From an uncultured Alphaproteobacteria bacterium (GTDB lineage Bacteria > Pseudomonadota > Alphaproteobacteria > Geminicoccales > Geminicoccaceae), in assembly GCA_963840925.1 (NCBI GenBank), contig CAWJAY010000028.1:43919-75918 (forward strand): DNA of 32,000 nt. Reading direction: 5' to 3'. This document shows, piece by piece, positions 1 to 9,200 of the stretch (its first letter is position 1; the number at the start of each line of letters is the position of its first letter). A model generated the notes under the pieces. That model did no database searches, was not told where the DNA came from, and was given only the letters and a program-made list of their open reading frames with translations. Made by a program: the position numbers and the translations under genes.

Positions 1-726
1 GCAGCCAAAAACCGGGTCAGCGAGCTCGAGCGCGGCGCGCTGGTGGCCGAAGGCTTCGAGACGCTCGAGGCGAAGGTCGAGGCTGAGCGCGCGGCGGCAA
101 TCGCCGCCCAGGCAGCCGTTGCGCAGATCACCGCCGACCTCCGGCAGATCGAGGCCGAGCGGGAGCAGGCGCTTGGCGCCGGAGAGGATGCCGCCTACGG
201 TGGCGCCGTCGAGATCCTGGTTCAGGCCCTCGCACGGGAGGACCTGCGCGAGCTCTATCAGGAGGCGGTCCGGACCCGGACCGACGCGGACGACCAGGCG
301 ATCACGTCAATTACCGCTGCGCGGGAGGCGCTGCAGAAGGCCGACGGCGAGATCGCCCAGATCCGCGCCGAGATCCGCGAGCGGGCGCGGCGCCGGACCG
401 AGCTCGAAGGCGCCCGGGACCGCGCCCGCAGCGTCGGCTATGACAACCCGATGGGGACCTTTGGCAGCCAGGTGGTGATCGGCGAGGTGATCGGCGGGAT
501 CCTGCGCGGCGCCATGCGCGGCGACGCTCTCGACCGCGTGCTGCGCGACAACTACCGCGGTCCCCGCCAGCGCGCCGACATCGACTTCGGCGGCTGGCCG
601 AGGGGAGGCGGCGGGGCGAGTGCGCCCTCCTGGCCCTCGCCCGGGGGCGGCGGTTCGGGCCGGCGCGGCGGCTTCGGCAGCGCGGGCGGGGCCGGGGGCG
701 GCTGGCGGACCGGCGGGAGCTTCTGA
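1..726 (+). CDS. hypothetical coiled-coil protein with Gly-rich C-terminal tail (5' end outside window)
   Basis: Frame 1 is open from nt 1 (AAKNRVSELERG...), so the listed GTG at 43 may be internal. An Ala/Glu/Arg-rich helical region is followed by a GGGxG-rich tail, with stop at 724-726. No family recognised. Confidence 0.55.
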   Translation, partial: AAKNRVSELERGALVAEGFETLEAKVEAERAAAIAAQAAVAQITADLRQIEAEREQALGAGEDAAYGGAVEILVQALAREDLRELYQEAVRTRTDADDQAITSITAAREALQKADGEIAQIRAEIRERARRRTELEGARDRARSVGYDNPMGTFGSQVVIGEVIGGILRGAMRGDALDRVLRDNYRGPRQRADIDFGGWPRGGGGASAPSWPSPGGGGSGRRGGFGSAGGAGGGWRTGGSF

Positions 727-751
727 GCCCCGCAGCTCCCGACCGTTGGCC

Positions 752-1669
752 TCAGGCCTTGGTCGCGCCCGCGGTCAGGCCCGAGACCATGTACTTGCGG
801 ACGGCGTAGTAGAGTGCTGCCGGCGGCAACGAGTAGATGATCGCGGTCGCCATCAGCAGGCTCCAGGGAGCGTCGTCGGTGACCAGGAAATAGCCCATCG
901 CGACCGGGATCGTATGCTGCTTCTCGGTCGAGAGCAGCAGAAACGCGTACAGATACTCGTTCCAGGCGAGCAGGAGCGCATAGGTGCCGATCGCGATCAG
1001 GGCCGGCCGCAGCAGCGGAATGTAGACCAGGTAAAAGATCTGCAACGGGGTCGCGCCGTCGACCTTGGCCGCCTCATCGAGCTCGTACGGCACGCTCTCG
1101 CCGTACTGGCGCAGCACCCAGATAGCGTAGGGGATGGCGAAGGTCGACATCGCGAAGACCAGCGCCCAGAGCGTGTTGATGAGCCCGTAGTCGGACATGA
1201 CGACGTAGAACGGAATCGCGACGAAGGCGGCCGGGATCAGGTACGTGAGGAGCGCCGTATTCGAGATCACGTGACCGTAGCGCAGCTTGAGGCGGCCGAT
1301 GGCGAAGCTCGCGAGACTGGCCACGACCAGCACCATGACCATCGTGGCGAGCGCGACGAAGATGCTGTTCCAGAGCTGTCGCCAGAAGTCCTGCAGGAAG
1401 AAGTGATCCTCGGCAAAGACGATGCGAAAATTCTCGAGCGTCGGGCGGTCCGGCCAGAAGCGGCCGGCGAAGGAGTTGGAGAGCGGGGTCAGCGAAAGCA
1501 TCACCATGTGGTAGAGCGGCAGGAGCGTCCAGATCAGGATGACCACCCCGAAGAGCAGGAAGGCGCCTTCCGAGACCACGCGCCGGCCGGCGTAGACGGC
1601 GCCGCTGCGGATCGTCGACGAGCGGGCCCTGGGGCTGTCGCCGGGGATGGCAGGGGAACGGGCAATCAT
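752..1669 (-). CDS. carbohydrate ABC transporter permease (MalG/UgpE-like)
   Basis: 305-aa multi-TM ORF with the EAA-loop motif 'LDEAAKVDGATPLQIFYLVYIPLLRPAL'. It overlaps the upstream permease gene by 4 nt (1666-1669). Confidence 0.9.
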   Translation of the reverse strand: MIARSPAIPGDSPRARSSTIRSGAVYAGRRVVSEGAFLLFGVVILIWTLLPLYHMVMLSLTPLSNSFAGRFWPDRPTLENFRIVFAEDHFFLQDFWRQLWNSIFVALATMVMVLVVASLASFAIGRLKLRYGHVISNTALLTYLIPAAFVAIPFYVVMSDYGLINTLWALVFAMSTFAIPYAIWVLRQYGESVPYELDEAAKVDGATPLQIFYLVYIPLLRPALIAIGTYALLLAWNEYLYAFLLLSTEKQHTIPVAMGYFLVTDDAPWSLLMATAIIYSLPPAALYYAVRKYMVSGLTAGATKA

Positions 1670-2547
1670 GTCTCGGCCCTCCGTCCCAGCCGGCGCAGGA
1701 GCAAGATGACGAGCGGGATCAGGATCGGCAGCGCCGTCATCACCGTCGCCACACCGGTTCCTAGCTGCTGCAGGCTGAAGGCGTAGCGTATGCCAAGCGT
1801 GGCCAGCACGTGGGTCTTGTCCGCGGGGCCGCCACCGGTGAGCAGATAGACGCTATTGAAGTCGCCGAGGCTCCAGATCGTCGAGAGCAGCAGGCTCGTG
1901 ACGTAGAGGTTCTTGAGCTGCGGCCAGGTCACGTACCAGAATTGCTGCAACGGCGAGGCGCCATCGATCCTGGCCGCCTCGTACAGATCGGTCGGGATCG
2001 CCATCCGACCGGCGAGCAGGATCAAGGTCCAGAACGGCAGGTATTTCCAGATGTGGACGAAGATCACCGAGCCGAAGGCGAGGTCCGGCTTGACCAGCCA
2101 CCATGGCCCCTCGATGCCGAACAGGCTCCAAAGCAGGTTGTTGAACATCCCCCACTCGGAGTTCAGCATCCAGCGGAACGAGAAGATGGTCGGAATCGAG
2201 GGCACCGCCCACGGCAGGATGAAGATCACGCTGAGCCAGCGGATCCACGGGCGCACCGACGCGAAGTAGCCCGAGAGCAGAAGCGCCAGGAACATCTTGA
2301 GATTGATGCCGACACCGAGGAAGATCACGGTGTTCCACACCGTGTCAAGGTAAATTGGATCCGAGAGCAGGGTACGGTAGCTCGCCACGGAGGAGCCCAG
2401 CCAGACCCCGTAGGCGACCGGCCACACCACCAGGACCAGGAAGACCATCACGTAGGGGATGACGAAGATCGTACCCCAGACCATTTCAGGCGACCAGCGG
2501 TGGGCGCTGGCCTGCCGGCTGGGAAGGGTAACGGCCGTTACCGCCAT
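1666..2547 (-). CDS. carbohydrate ABC transporter permease (MalF/UgpA-like)
   Basis: 293-aa multi-TM ORF with the EAA-loop 'LYEAARIDGASPLQQFWYVTWPQLKN'. Same strand as, and adjacent to, the binding-protein gene. Confidence 0.9.
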   Translation of the reverse strand: MAVTAVTLPSRQASAHRWSPEMVWGTIFVIPYVMVFLVLVVWPVAYGVWLGSSVASYRTLLSDPIYLDTVWNTVIFLGVGINLKMFLALLLSGYFASVRPWIRWLSVIFILPWAVPSIPTIFSFRWMLNSEWGMFNNLLWSLFGIEGPWWLVKPDLAFGSVIFVHIWKYLPFWTLILLAGRMAIPTDLYEAARIDGASPLQQFWYVTWPQLKNLYVTSLLLSTIWSLGDFNSVYLLTGGGPADKTHVLATLGIRYAFSLQQLGTGVATVMTALPILIPLVILLLRRLGRRAET

Positions 2548-2625
2548 CTGAGATCTCCCCGATCTCGCTCGTGCGAGCAGAGGTGGCAGGAGGGAGCCTC
2601 GGGCTCCCTCCCTTGATCTATCCCG

Positions 2626-3966
2626 TCAGGTGCCGGCGACCTGCTTGATGCGCTCGATCAGCTCATCGACCGCGTCCTCCGCCGACCAATCCTCGAGGAC
2701 GACACGGCCGACCGCCTTGCCGTAGGCGTTCTCAGCGTTGATGTCGATGAGCTTGTAATTCACGTAGTGCGGCCAGACGGTCTGCGGCCGCTGCGTGTAC
2801 TGCTGCACCTCGACGATCCGGTGCGGGTCGTCCGTCTGCTGCCAGTACGGCGTGGCGATGATCCGCTTGTCCACCGGGAACCAGCGGGCGAGCGCGCCCT
2901 CGAGCTGCGGGCCGAGATTCTCCGGCTTGAGGAAAAAGCGCATGAACTCCTTGGCCGCTTCCTTGTTCTGCGCGTCTTTGAAGATCACCGCGGTCTTGAT
3001 CGAGGTGACGTACTCGATCGGACTGCCGTCCGGCTTGTCCGGCCATTCGATGGTGACCATCTGGTTCATGTAGCGATCCTTCTCGGCGTACTCCGAGGCC
3101 GGGATCGACAGCGACGGATTGGGCACCATGAAGGAGATCTGGTTCTTGAAGTTGACGTTGTTGTCGCCGTCTTGCCAGTTCACGGCACCGGGCGGGACGC
3201 AGCCGTCGAGATAGGGTTTGGTGTAGCTCTCGAGCGCCTTGATCATGCCCTCACGCGTTTCCGGCTGATCGACCAGCAGGTTGCCCTGGTCGTCGACAAG
3301 CTTCGTGTCGAAGGCGTTGAGGAACATCATGTAGGCGAAGACCGTGTCCGAGGCCGCGGACGACATCGGCTGGCCGACGCCAAACTTTTGGCGGTCGCCG
3401 GTCGCCTCGCGCACCGCCGGTTGCGCGGTCGTGCACCACCAATCCCACCACTCGTTCCAGGTGTTGGGAACATCATCAAGGCTGAGCCCAGCCTCCTCGA
3501 TCATGCTCTTCCAGACGTGGATGTGCTCGACCTGCTGCGCCACCGGGATCGCGTAAATGGAGCGCGCGCCCGTCTGCCCGTTGAGCAGGGTCACGGCCTG
3601 GATCGCGGTCGGCAGCAGGTGCTCTTTGATCGGCTCGACCACATCCGACACGTCCTCGAGGACGCCGTCGAATGCCCAGCGCGAAGTGTGCGACAGATCG
3701 AACAGGAACCCGTAAGACAGGTCCGGCGGGTCGCCGGCGGTCAGCGCCGCCAACACCTTACGCGGCACGTCCTCGTTGGTGTAGTAGACGTACTCGACGT
3801 CGATGCCCGCCTCCTTCTCGAACGCAGCCACCGTCTTGTCAAACTGCTGATCCTCCTCCGGATAGTAGCTCTTGTTCCACCAGATCACGAGATCGGCGGC
3901 GTACGCCGGCACCGACAGCGTGATCAGAAAGGTTGTGGCGAGTATGCCTCGCGCCAGCCTGGGCAT
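2626..3966 (-). CDS. ABC transporter extracellular solute-binding protein (family 1, sugar type)
   Basis: The ORF extends to 4002, but the ATG at 3966 has a strong SD (GGGGAGGAG about 7 nt upstream). It yields a signal peptide MPRLARGILATTFLITLSVPAYA. Size (~446 aa) and operon context fit CUT1 binding proteins. Confidence 0.85.
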   Translation of the reverse strand: MPRLARGILATTFLITLSVPAYAADLVIWWNKSYYPEEDQQFDKTVAAFEKEAGIDVEYVYYTNEDVPRKVLAALTAGDPPDLSYGFLFDLSHTSRWAFDGVLEDVSDVVEPIKEHLLPTAIQAVTLLNGQTGARSIYAIPVAQQVEHIHVWKSMIEEAGLSLDDVPNTWNEWWDWWCTTAQPAVREATGDRQKFGVGQPMSSAASDTVFAYMMFLNAFDTKLVDDQGNLLVDQPETREGMIKALESYTKPYLDGCVPPGAVNWQDGDNNVNFKNQISFMVPNPSLSIPASEYAEKDRYMNQMVTIEWPDKPDGSPIEYVTSIKTAVIFKDAQNKEAAKEFMRFFLKPENLGPQLEGALARWFPVDKRIIATPYWQQTDDPHRIVEVQQYTQRPQTVWPHYVNYKLIDINAENAYGKAVGRVVLEDWSAEDAVDELIERIKQVAGT

Positions 3967-4065
3967 GTCCCTGCTCCTCCCCAATGCGAATTCACCGAGC
4001 ACCCCGCGCGCGCCTGGCGGGCGGGGCGGCGTGCAACCGAATCGTAGCCCGCTTCGCAGGCTCCG

Positions 4066-4419
4066 TCACCCCGATTTCGCGACCAGCGCGGCGTTCTGGC
4101 CCGCGACCTTTGCGCGCCGGGTGCGAGGCCCGGCACGTGGTGGCTGTGGAGGCTCGGGCGCGGAGGAATTCACGCTGCGGCCCGTGCCACCGCAGGTCTT
4201 GCACCGCTTCCGGCCGAAGCGGCCAGTGCCCCCGCAGTCTTGACAGACGCCGGCACCTGCCCCGGGGGTGCCGGCCAGTCCGTTGCTGTCGGGGAGATCG
4301 GCGACCTCCGCCTCGGCCCGCAACCAGTATTCATGCTCGCGGCCGTGCAGTCGGCCCTCCTGTTCCCAAAGCTGATAGGCGCGCTGCCTGATCCGTTCGT
4401 GCCGATCGTCGTCAGTCAT
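4066..4419 (-). CDS. DUF2934-like small protein with C-terminal DnaJ-type CxxCxGxG zinc-finger repeats
   Basis: The N-terminus 'RIRQRAYQLWEQEGRLHGREHEYWLRAEAE' matches the DUF2934 signature as I remember it. The C-terminal half has 'CQDCGGTG' and 'CKTCGGTG'. SD AGAGGG lies upstream of the ATG at 4419. Confidence 0.7.
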   Translation of the reverse strand: MTDDDRHERIRQRAYQLWEQEGRLHGREHEYWLRAEAEVADLPDSNGLAGTPGAGAGVCQDCGGTGRFGRKRCKTCGGTGRSVNSSAPEPPQPPRAGPRTRRAKVAGQNAALVAKSG

Positions 4420-4589
4420 CTTGGCGGCCCTCTTGGTTCACTCGTGGCGCAGCGCCCGGGCCAGCGCCTCGCAAACGAGCGCGCTGCTTTCTCCTTTTGG
4501 GAGGACAGCGGCACCGGACGCTCTCCATCGATGGTCGACCATGCCTCCGATAACCGGTGCCGGTCGCCAGAGTTCCGCCCGGCACAGGC

Positions 4590-5882
4590 TCAGCCCCGCG
4601 CGCGGCGCGGGCCGTCCCTATAGGCTCCGCTCGCGGAGCCCCCGCCTACGTCCTCCGCGCGCGGGCCACGGCTGCCCGGGTGCTCGGGCGTCAGCCGGTA
4701 GGCCAGCAGTGCCACCAGCAGCATGCCGGCGAGCAGCGCGAACACCAGCCGGTAGCCGAGCGCCGAGCCGAGCGCCTGGCCCGCCCCGGTCAGGCCGACC
4801 AGGAGGCCGGACAGCCATTGCGCCAGGAACGCCATTCCGAGCGCCGAGAGGTTGATCGTCGTCACCAGCCGCCCGGCGCGCTCGAGCGGCACGAAGCTCC
4901 GGCCGTGGGCGGTCAGCGTGACGTAGAACGGGCTCGCCAGGCCCAGGCCGAGCAACAGCGCCACCGCCAGCCAGAGCGGCGGCTCGGGCAAACCGGCAAG
5001 CGCGGCCAGGATCAGCATGCTGGCGCCGGCGCCCGCGAGCACGATGCCGCGCCGGGTGCTGAACCAGCGCTCGAGCGGGCCGTACCCGAGCGTGCCGAGG
5101 TTGAGCATCAGGACCATGCCGAGCAGCACGTAGCTCGCCTGGTCGCGGCTGAGATCGTGGACGTCGTGCAGATACGGCCCGGCCCAGAGGCCGCCGGTGC
5201 ACATGAACGGCGCGATCGTGCAGGCGGCCATCGCGAAGATCCGCTGCAGGTCGGGATCGCCGAGCATGGCCCGCAGCCCGGCCAGATTCTGGGCAAGGCT
5301 CTCGCGGCCGGCGCTGCGCACCGTGGCGCCGGTCGGCGAGTCCCGGATCAGGATGCCGGCCGCGATGATCACAAGCGCGCATAGCAGGGCGACCGCGAGG
5401 AAGGTCGGGGTCCAGCCGTACGCGTTCAGCGCGACTGCGAGCGGCGTGGTCGCGAGCAGGCCGCCGCTCAGGCTACCGAGCGCCAGCACGGTCGCGGCGA
5501 TTGTGGCGTAGCGCTCCGGCGGCGCCCAGTGCATCGCGAGCAGCATGATGCTCGTGACCACGCCGGCGAAGCCCGCGCCGATCAGAAACCGGGCAAGGGC
5601 GAGGCCGAAAAACCCGGTCGCGCCCGCCAGCATCAACGTGCCGAGCAACGCCAGCACCGCCATGGCGGAGACGGTCCGGCGAGCGCCGAAGCGATCGAAA
5701 GCCAGGCCAGCCGGCAGCTGCACGACTGCGGATGCGAGCATCATCGCGCCGATCACGACGCCGATCTGGGAAGCGCTGAGGCCAAAGCCGCGATCGAGCT
5801 CGAGCGCCACCACCCCGCCCGAGGCGCGATGCAGCTGTGCGATCGCGAGCAGCGCGCCGGCAACGGTCAGGACCCGTAGCAT
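4590..5882 (-). CDS. MFS transporter
   Basis: 430 aa, about 12 hydrophobic segments, MFS motif-A-like 'FDRFGARRTV' after TM2. Confidence 0.85.
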   Translation of the reverse strand: MLRVLTVAGALLAIAQLHRASGGVVALELDRGFGLSASQIGVVIGAMMLASAVVQLPAGLAFDRFGARRTVSAMAVLALLGTLMLAGATGFFGLALARFLIGAGFAGVVTSIMLLAMHWAPPERYATIAATVLALGSLSGGLLATTPLAVALNAYGWTPTFLAVALLCALVIIAAGILIRDSPTGATVRSAGRESLAQNLAGLRAMLGDPDLQRIFAMAACTIAPFMCTGGLWAGPYLHDVHDLSRDQASYVLLGMVLMLNLGTLGYGPLERWFSTRRGIVLAGAGASMLILAALAGLPEPPLWLAVALLLGLGLASPFYVTLTAHGRSFVPLERAGRLVTTINLSALGMAFLAQWLSGLLVGLTGAGQALGSALGYRLVFALLAGMLLVALLAYRLTPEHPGSRGPRAEDVGGGSASGAYRDGPRRARG

Positions 5883-5918
5883 CGGGTCAGGATCGTCCCG
5901 GGTCTGCCGCTCCGACCA

Positions 5919-7148
5919 TTACCGGCTGGCCGCGACCGGGGCCGGCGCGGCCGGACGGGCGCCAACGAAGACCACGATCAGGGTCAAGAGGCTGAGCCCG
6001 GCGATCGCCCAGAACAGATGGCCGGGATCGCCCCAGTCGAGCACCAGGCCGAACAGCAGTGGCCCGGCGATGCCGCCGATGCTGAACCCGGTCGTGACGA
6101 AGCCGAACACCTTGCCGCTCGAGCCGGGAGGCGTGACCGCGCGCACCATCATGTCCCGCGAGGGCGCGACCGCGCCCGAGAACAGCCCGGCGCAGGCGAA
6201 CAGCGCGCTGACCATGAGCAGCGGCGGCAGCAGCAGCGGAATTGCGGCCGAGAACAGCGCGATCAGCACGAAGCAGATCGCGACCACCTGGTGGTGCTGC
6301 TGGGTCCGGTCGGCGATCCAGCCACCGAGCAGCACGCCCAGCGTGCTGGCCGTGAGGTAGGCAGTCAGCGGCACCGTCGCGGCCGCCAGATCGACCCGAT
6401 AGATCGCCTCGATCGCGGCCACGCTGAAGCTCGTATAGCCGCCGAGGCTGATCGCCAGCATCACGAAGAACAGCAGCGCCATCAGGATCGGCGGGCTCAG
6501 CAGCAGCCGCCAGCCCGGGGCAGCAGCACCGCTCTCGGCCTGCCGGCGCCCGGCGTCGGCCGCGGTGCGCAAAACCTTGCTGTTGGCGAGCATCAGCGTG
6601 GCCACGACCAGCCCCGCAATGCCGGCGAGCAGCAACGCCAGACGCCAGCCGAGCGCCGCCGCCAGCGCCACGATCACCGGCGGCGCGGCCGCAAAGCCGG
6701 CGTAGCCGCCGAAGGTGTGGATCGAGAACGCCCGCCCCATCCGTCGGCTATCGATCGTCGCCGACAGGATCGCGTAGTCGGCCGGGTGAAAGACGCTGTT
6801 GCCTAGACCGGCGATCACCATCAGCAGCAGCAGCATCGGATAGCTCGGCCGGACCCCGACCAGGCCGACCCCGAGGCTGAACAGCGCGAGCCCGGTGACC
6901 AGGATGCCGCGCGCGCCGAACCGGTCGACCAGGAAGCCGACCGGCGCCTGGGTCAGCGCCGTGACGCCGTTCAGCACCGCGATCGCAAGGCCGAGCTGCA
7001 CGTAGCCGACCCCGAGCTCGTGCTTGAGCAGAGGGAACAAGGGCGGCAGCAGCAGGATATAGAAATGGCTAAAGAAATGCCCGACACCGATCAGGCCCAT
7101 GACCTTGAGGTCGCGGCGCGCGGGCGGGGCGGTCTCGAGCGCGGTCAT
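5919..7148 (-). CDS. MFS transporter
   Basis: 409 aa, multi-TM, 'LVDRFGARGILV' motif-A-like loop. In tandem with the preceding MFS gene. Confidence 0.85.
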   Translation of the reverse strand: MTALETAPPARRDLKVMGLIGVGHFFSHFYILLLPPLFPLLKHELGVGYVQLGLAIAVLNGVTALTQAPVGFLVDRFGARGILVTGLALFSLGVGLVGVRPSYPMLLLLMVIAGLGNSVFHPADYAILSATIDSRRMGRAFSIHTFGGYAGFAAAPPVIVALAAALGWRLALLLAGIAGLVVATLMLANSKVLRTAADAGRRQAESGAAAPGWRLLLSPPILMALLFFVMLAISLGGYTSFSVAAIEAIYRVDLAAATVPLTAYLTASTLGVLLGGWIADRTQQHHQVVAICFVLIALFSAAIPLLLPPLLMVSALFACAGLFSGAVAPSRDMMVRAVTPPGSSGKVFGFVTTGFSIGGIAGPLLFGLVLDWGDPGHLFWAIAGLSLLTLIVVFVGARPAAPAPVAASR

Positions 7149-7235
7149 CCGGGTCAGACTGGCAGATCGCGCGGGCGCGGAAAAGCGGCTGCGGCCTTCG
7201 ACCTCACTCCATATATCGCGCGCCGCCGGCCGCGC

Positions 7236-8057
7236 TCAGCCGCCCGGCAGCACCAGGATTTGGCGATAGGGCAGCGTGGCGCGCGCGAGCGTCACGACCG
7301 GGATCTCGCTGACCACGACGTCGTAGCGGTCGCGGACCAGATCGAGAAAACGGCCGAGCGTGAACGAGCTGAAGTAGTGCATCGGGATCACCAGCGCTGG
7401 CTGGATCTGCTCGATCACCTCGATCATCAGCTCCTGGGCGAGCGTAAAGCTGCCGTCGACCGGCACCAGCAGGACATCGATCTGGCCGAGCTCGCCGAGG
7501 TGGTCGTCGGTCAGCAGGTGGTGCAGATGGCCCAGATGAGCGACGCACAGATCGGCGGTCTCGAACACGAAGATCGAGTTGCCGTTGATTCGCGCGCCGC
7601 CGATCTCGCGGACGTTGGTCGGCACATTGCGAACGTGCAGGTCGAGATAGGTGAGGTCGTGGAGGGCGACGCCGCCGCCCGGGTCCCAGCCGCGCAGCAC
7701 GTGCTCGATCTTGGGCTCGGGATAATCGGTATAATGGGTCGAGTGGGCGTTGTTCATGGTCGCGATATCGGGCGGTTCGGCATCGCCGAGCCAGCCGTTG
7801 TAGTCGGTGACCGCGCTCGCTCCGGCCGGGGTCTCGATCAGGAAGCTGGAATGGCCGATGAAGCTCAGCCGCACGCTGCCCGCCGGCACCCCGGCTGGCC
7901 GGTAGGCGGCCGGCTGGACCGCCGCCGGGCGCTGCGCGATCGGGAAGCATTGCGCGGCCGCGGCGCCCGCGGCGAGCGCCGGCCACAGCGTAGCAAGGCC
8001 CGCGAGCAGCCAGCGCCAGGTCAGCGGCAAGTGAGCAGCGGCAACACGGCTTGGCAT
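7236..8057 (-). CDS. secreted MBL-fold metallo-hydrolase family protein
   Basis: Signal-peptide-like N-terminus. 'LSFIGHSSFLIETP' and 'HLGHLHH' segments resemble the UlaG-like / Zn-dependent hydrolase branch of the MBL fold. The overlapping ORF 7204..8097 is an Arg/Pro-rich alternative frame. Confidence 0.7.
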   Translation of the reverse strand: MPSRVAAAHLPLTWRWLLAGLATLWPALAAGAAAAQCFPIAQRPAAVQPAAYRPAGVPAGSVRLSFIGHSSFLIETPAGASAVTDYNGWLGDAEPPDIATMNNAHSTHYTDYPEPKIEHVLRGWDPGGGVALHDLTYLDLHVRNVPTNVREIGGARINGNSIFVFETADLCVAHLGHLHHLLTDDHLGELGQIDVLLVPVDGSFTLAQELMIEVIEQIQPALVIPMHYFSSFTLGRFLDLVRDRYDVVVSEIPVVTLARATLPYRQILVLPGG

Positions 8058-8155
8058 GATCGTCTCCCGATTTCCGACGAGCTGCGGCCTTGTCCAAGCC
8101 TAGCCGCTATGCTGCGCAGAACAAGCCCGCGCTGATCGAGCCGGAAGGATCACCG

Positions 8156-9112
8156 ATGCCTGAGCTGAACCCGCAGATGGCCGCCATCCTTGCCCTGATC
8201 GCGGACGCGATGAAAGGCCGCCCGGAGCGCACGTCGCTCTCGGCGGTCGAGGCGCGGGCGCAGACCAGCGCCACGACCGAGGCGTTCTGGACCGCCGACC
8301 GGCCGGTCCTCTGGGCGATCTACAACCACGAGGTCCCGGGCCCGGGCGGGCCCATCCGGGTCCGCCTGTACGATCCAGGCGTCGCGCGGCCGGCGCCCTG
8401 TCTCGTCTACCTCCACGGCGGCGGCTGGGTGATCTGCAATCTCGAGACCCACGATGGCGTCTGCCGGCGCCTGGCCCGCGCGGGCGGCTTCCTGGTCGCG
8501 AGCGTCGATTATCGGCTGGCGCCCGAGCACAAGTTCCCGGCCGGGCTCGAGGACTGCCTGGCCGCGGTCCGCTGGCTCGAGGAGCAGGGCGGCGCCTGGG
8601 GCATCGACACCGCGCGGCTCGCGGTCGGCGGCGACAGCGCCGGCGCCAATCTGGCGCTGGCGACGCTCCTCAGCCGGCGCGATGCCGGCGCCAGGCCGCT
8701 GCTCGCGGGCCTGCTGATCTATGGCGCCTACGCGGCCTACACGGCCGAGTTCGAGAGCGCCTCGCAACGGGCATTCGGCGATGGCAGCTACATCCTGTCG
8801 GCCGCCGACATGCGCTGGTTCTGGCACCACTACATCAAGGACCCGGCTGACAACCGCAATCCCCTCGCGGTGCCGCTGCTGGCCGACCTCGCCGGTCTGC
8901 CGCCACTGCTGGTGACCGCGGCCGAATTCGACCCGCTGCTCGACGACACGACCGCGCTGATCGCCAGGCTCGAGGCCGCGGCGGCACCCCACCGCTACGT
9001 CCTCTGGCCGGGCGTCACCCACGCCTCGATCCAGATGACCCGAATGCTCGACGTCGCCCAGGACCACATCGAGGACATGGCCAGCTGGGTCAAAGCGCAG
9101 CTCGACTTGTAG
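8156..9112 (+). CDS. alpha/beta hydrolase, HSL-family esterase/lipase (fold-3)
   Basis: Oxyanion motif 'YLHGGGW' and nucleophile elbow 'GGDSAGANLA'. The ATG at 8156 is preceded by GGAAGGA. The ORF-track start at 8090 is probably too early. Confidence 0.9.
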   Translation: MPELNPQMAAILALIADAMKGRPERTSLSAVEARAQTSATTEAFWTADRPVLWAIYNHEVPGPGGPIRVRLYDPGVARPAPCLVYLHGGGWVICNLETHDGVCRRLARAGGFLVASVDYRLAPEHKFPAGLEDCLAAVRWLEEQGGAWGIDTARLAVGGDSAGANLALATLLSRRDAGARPLLAGLLIYGAYAAYTAEFESASQRAFGDGSYILSAADMRWFWHHYIKDPADNRNPLAVPLLADLAGLPPLLVTAAEFDPLLDDTTALIARLEAAAAPHRYVLWPGVTHASIQMTRMLDVAQDHIEDMASWVKAQLDL

Positions 9113-9200
9113 GAATCGCGGCAGCCCGCGCTGGAAGGCCCTCGATCATCCTGTTACGTTCTTCGGCATCGATCGAATTATCTCTGGACGCGGAGGTCCC

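Noticed and set aside
600-723. The G-rich tract encoding the Gly-rich tail, considered as a possible repeat or G-quadruplex element.
   Set aside because: It is in frame with, and continuous with, the upstream coding region. The low-complexity Gly tail explains the nucleotide bias, and no periodic nucleotide repeat was seen.
4557-4585. A hairpin, GTGCCGG-N15-CCGGCAC, just downstream of the MFS stop, considered as a terminator.
   Set aside because: The loop is 15 nt, the stem is only 7 bp, and no U-tract follows on the minus strand. This is too weak to report as a feature.
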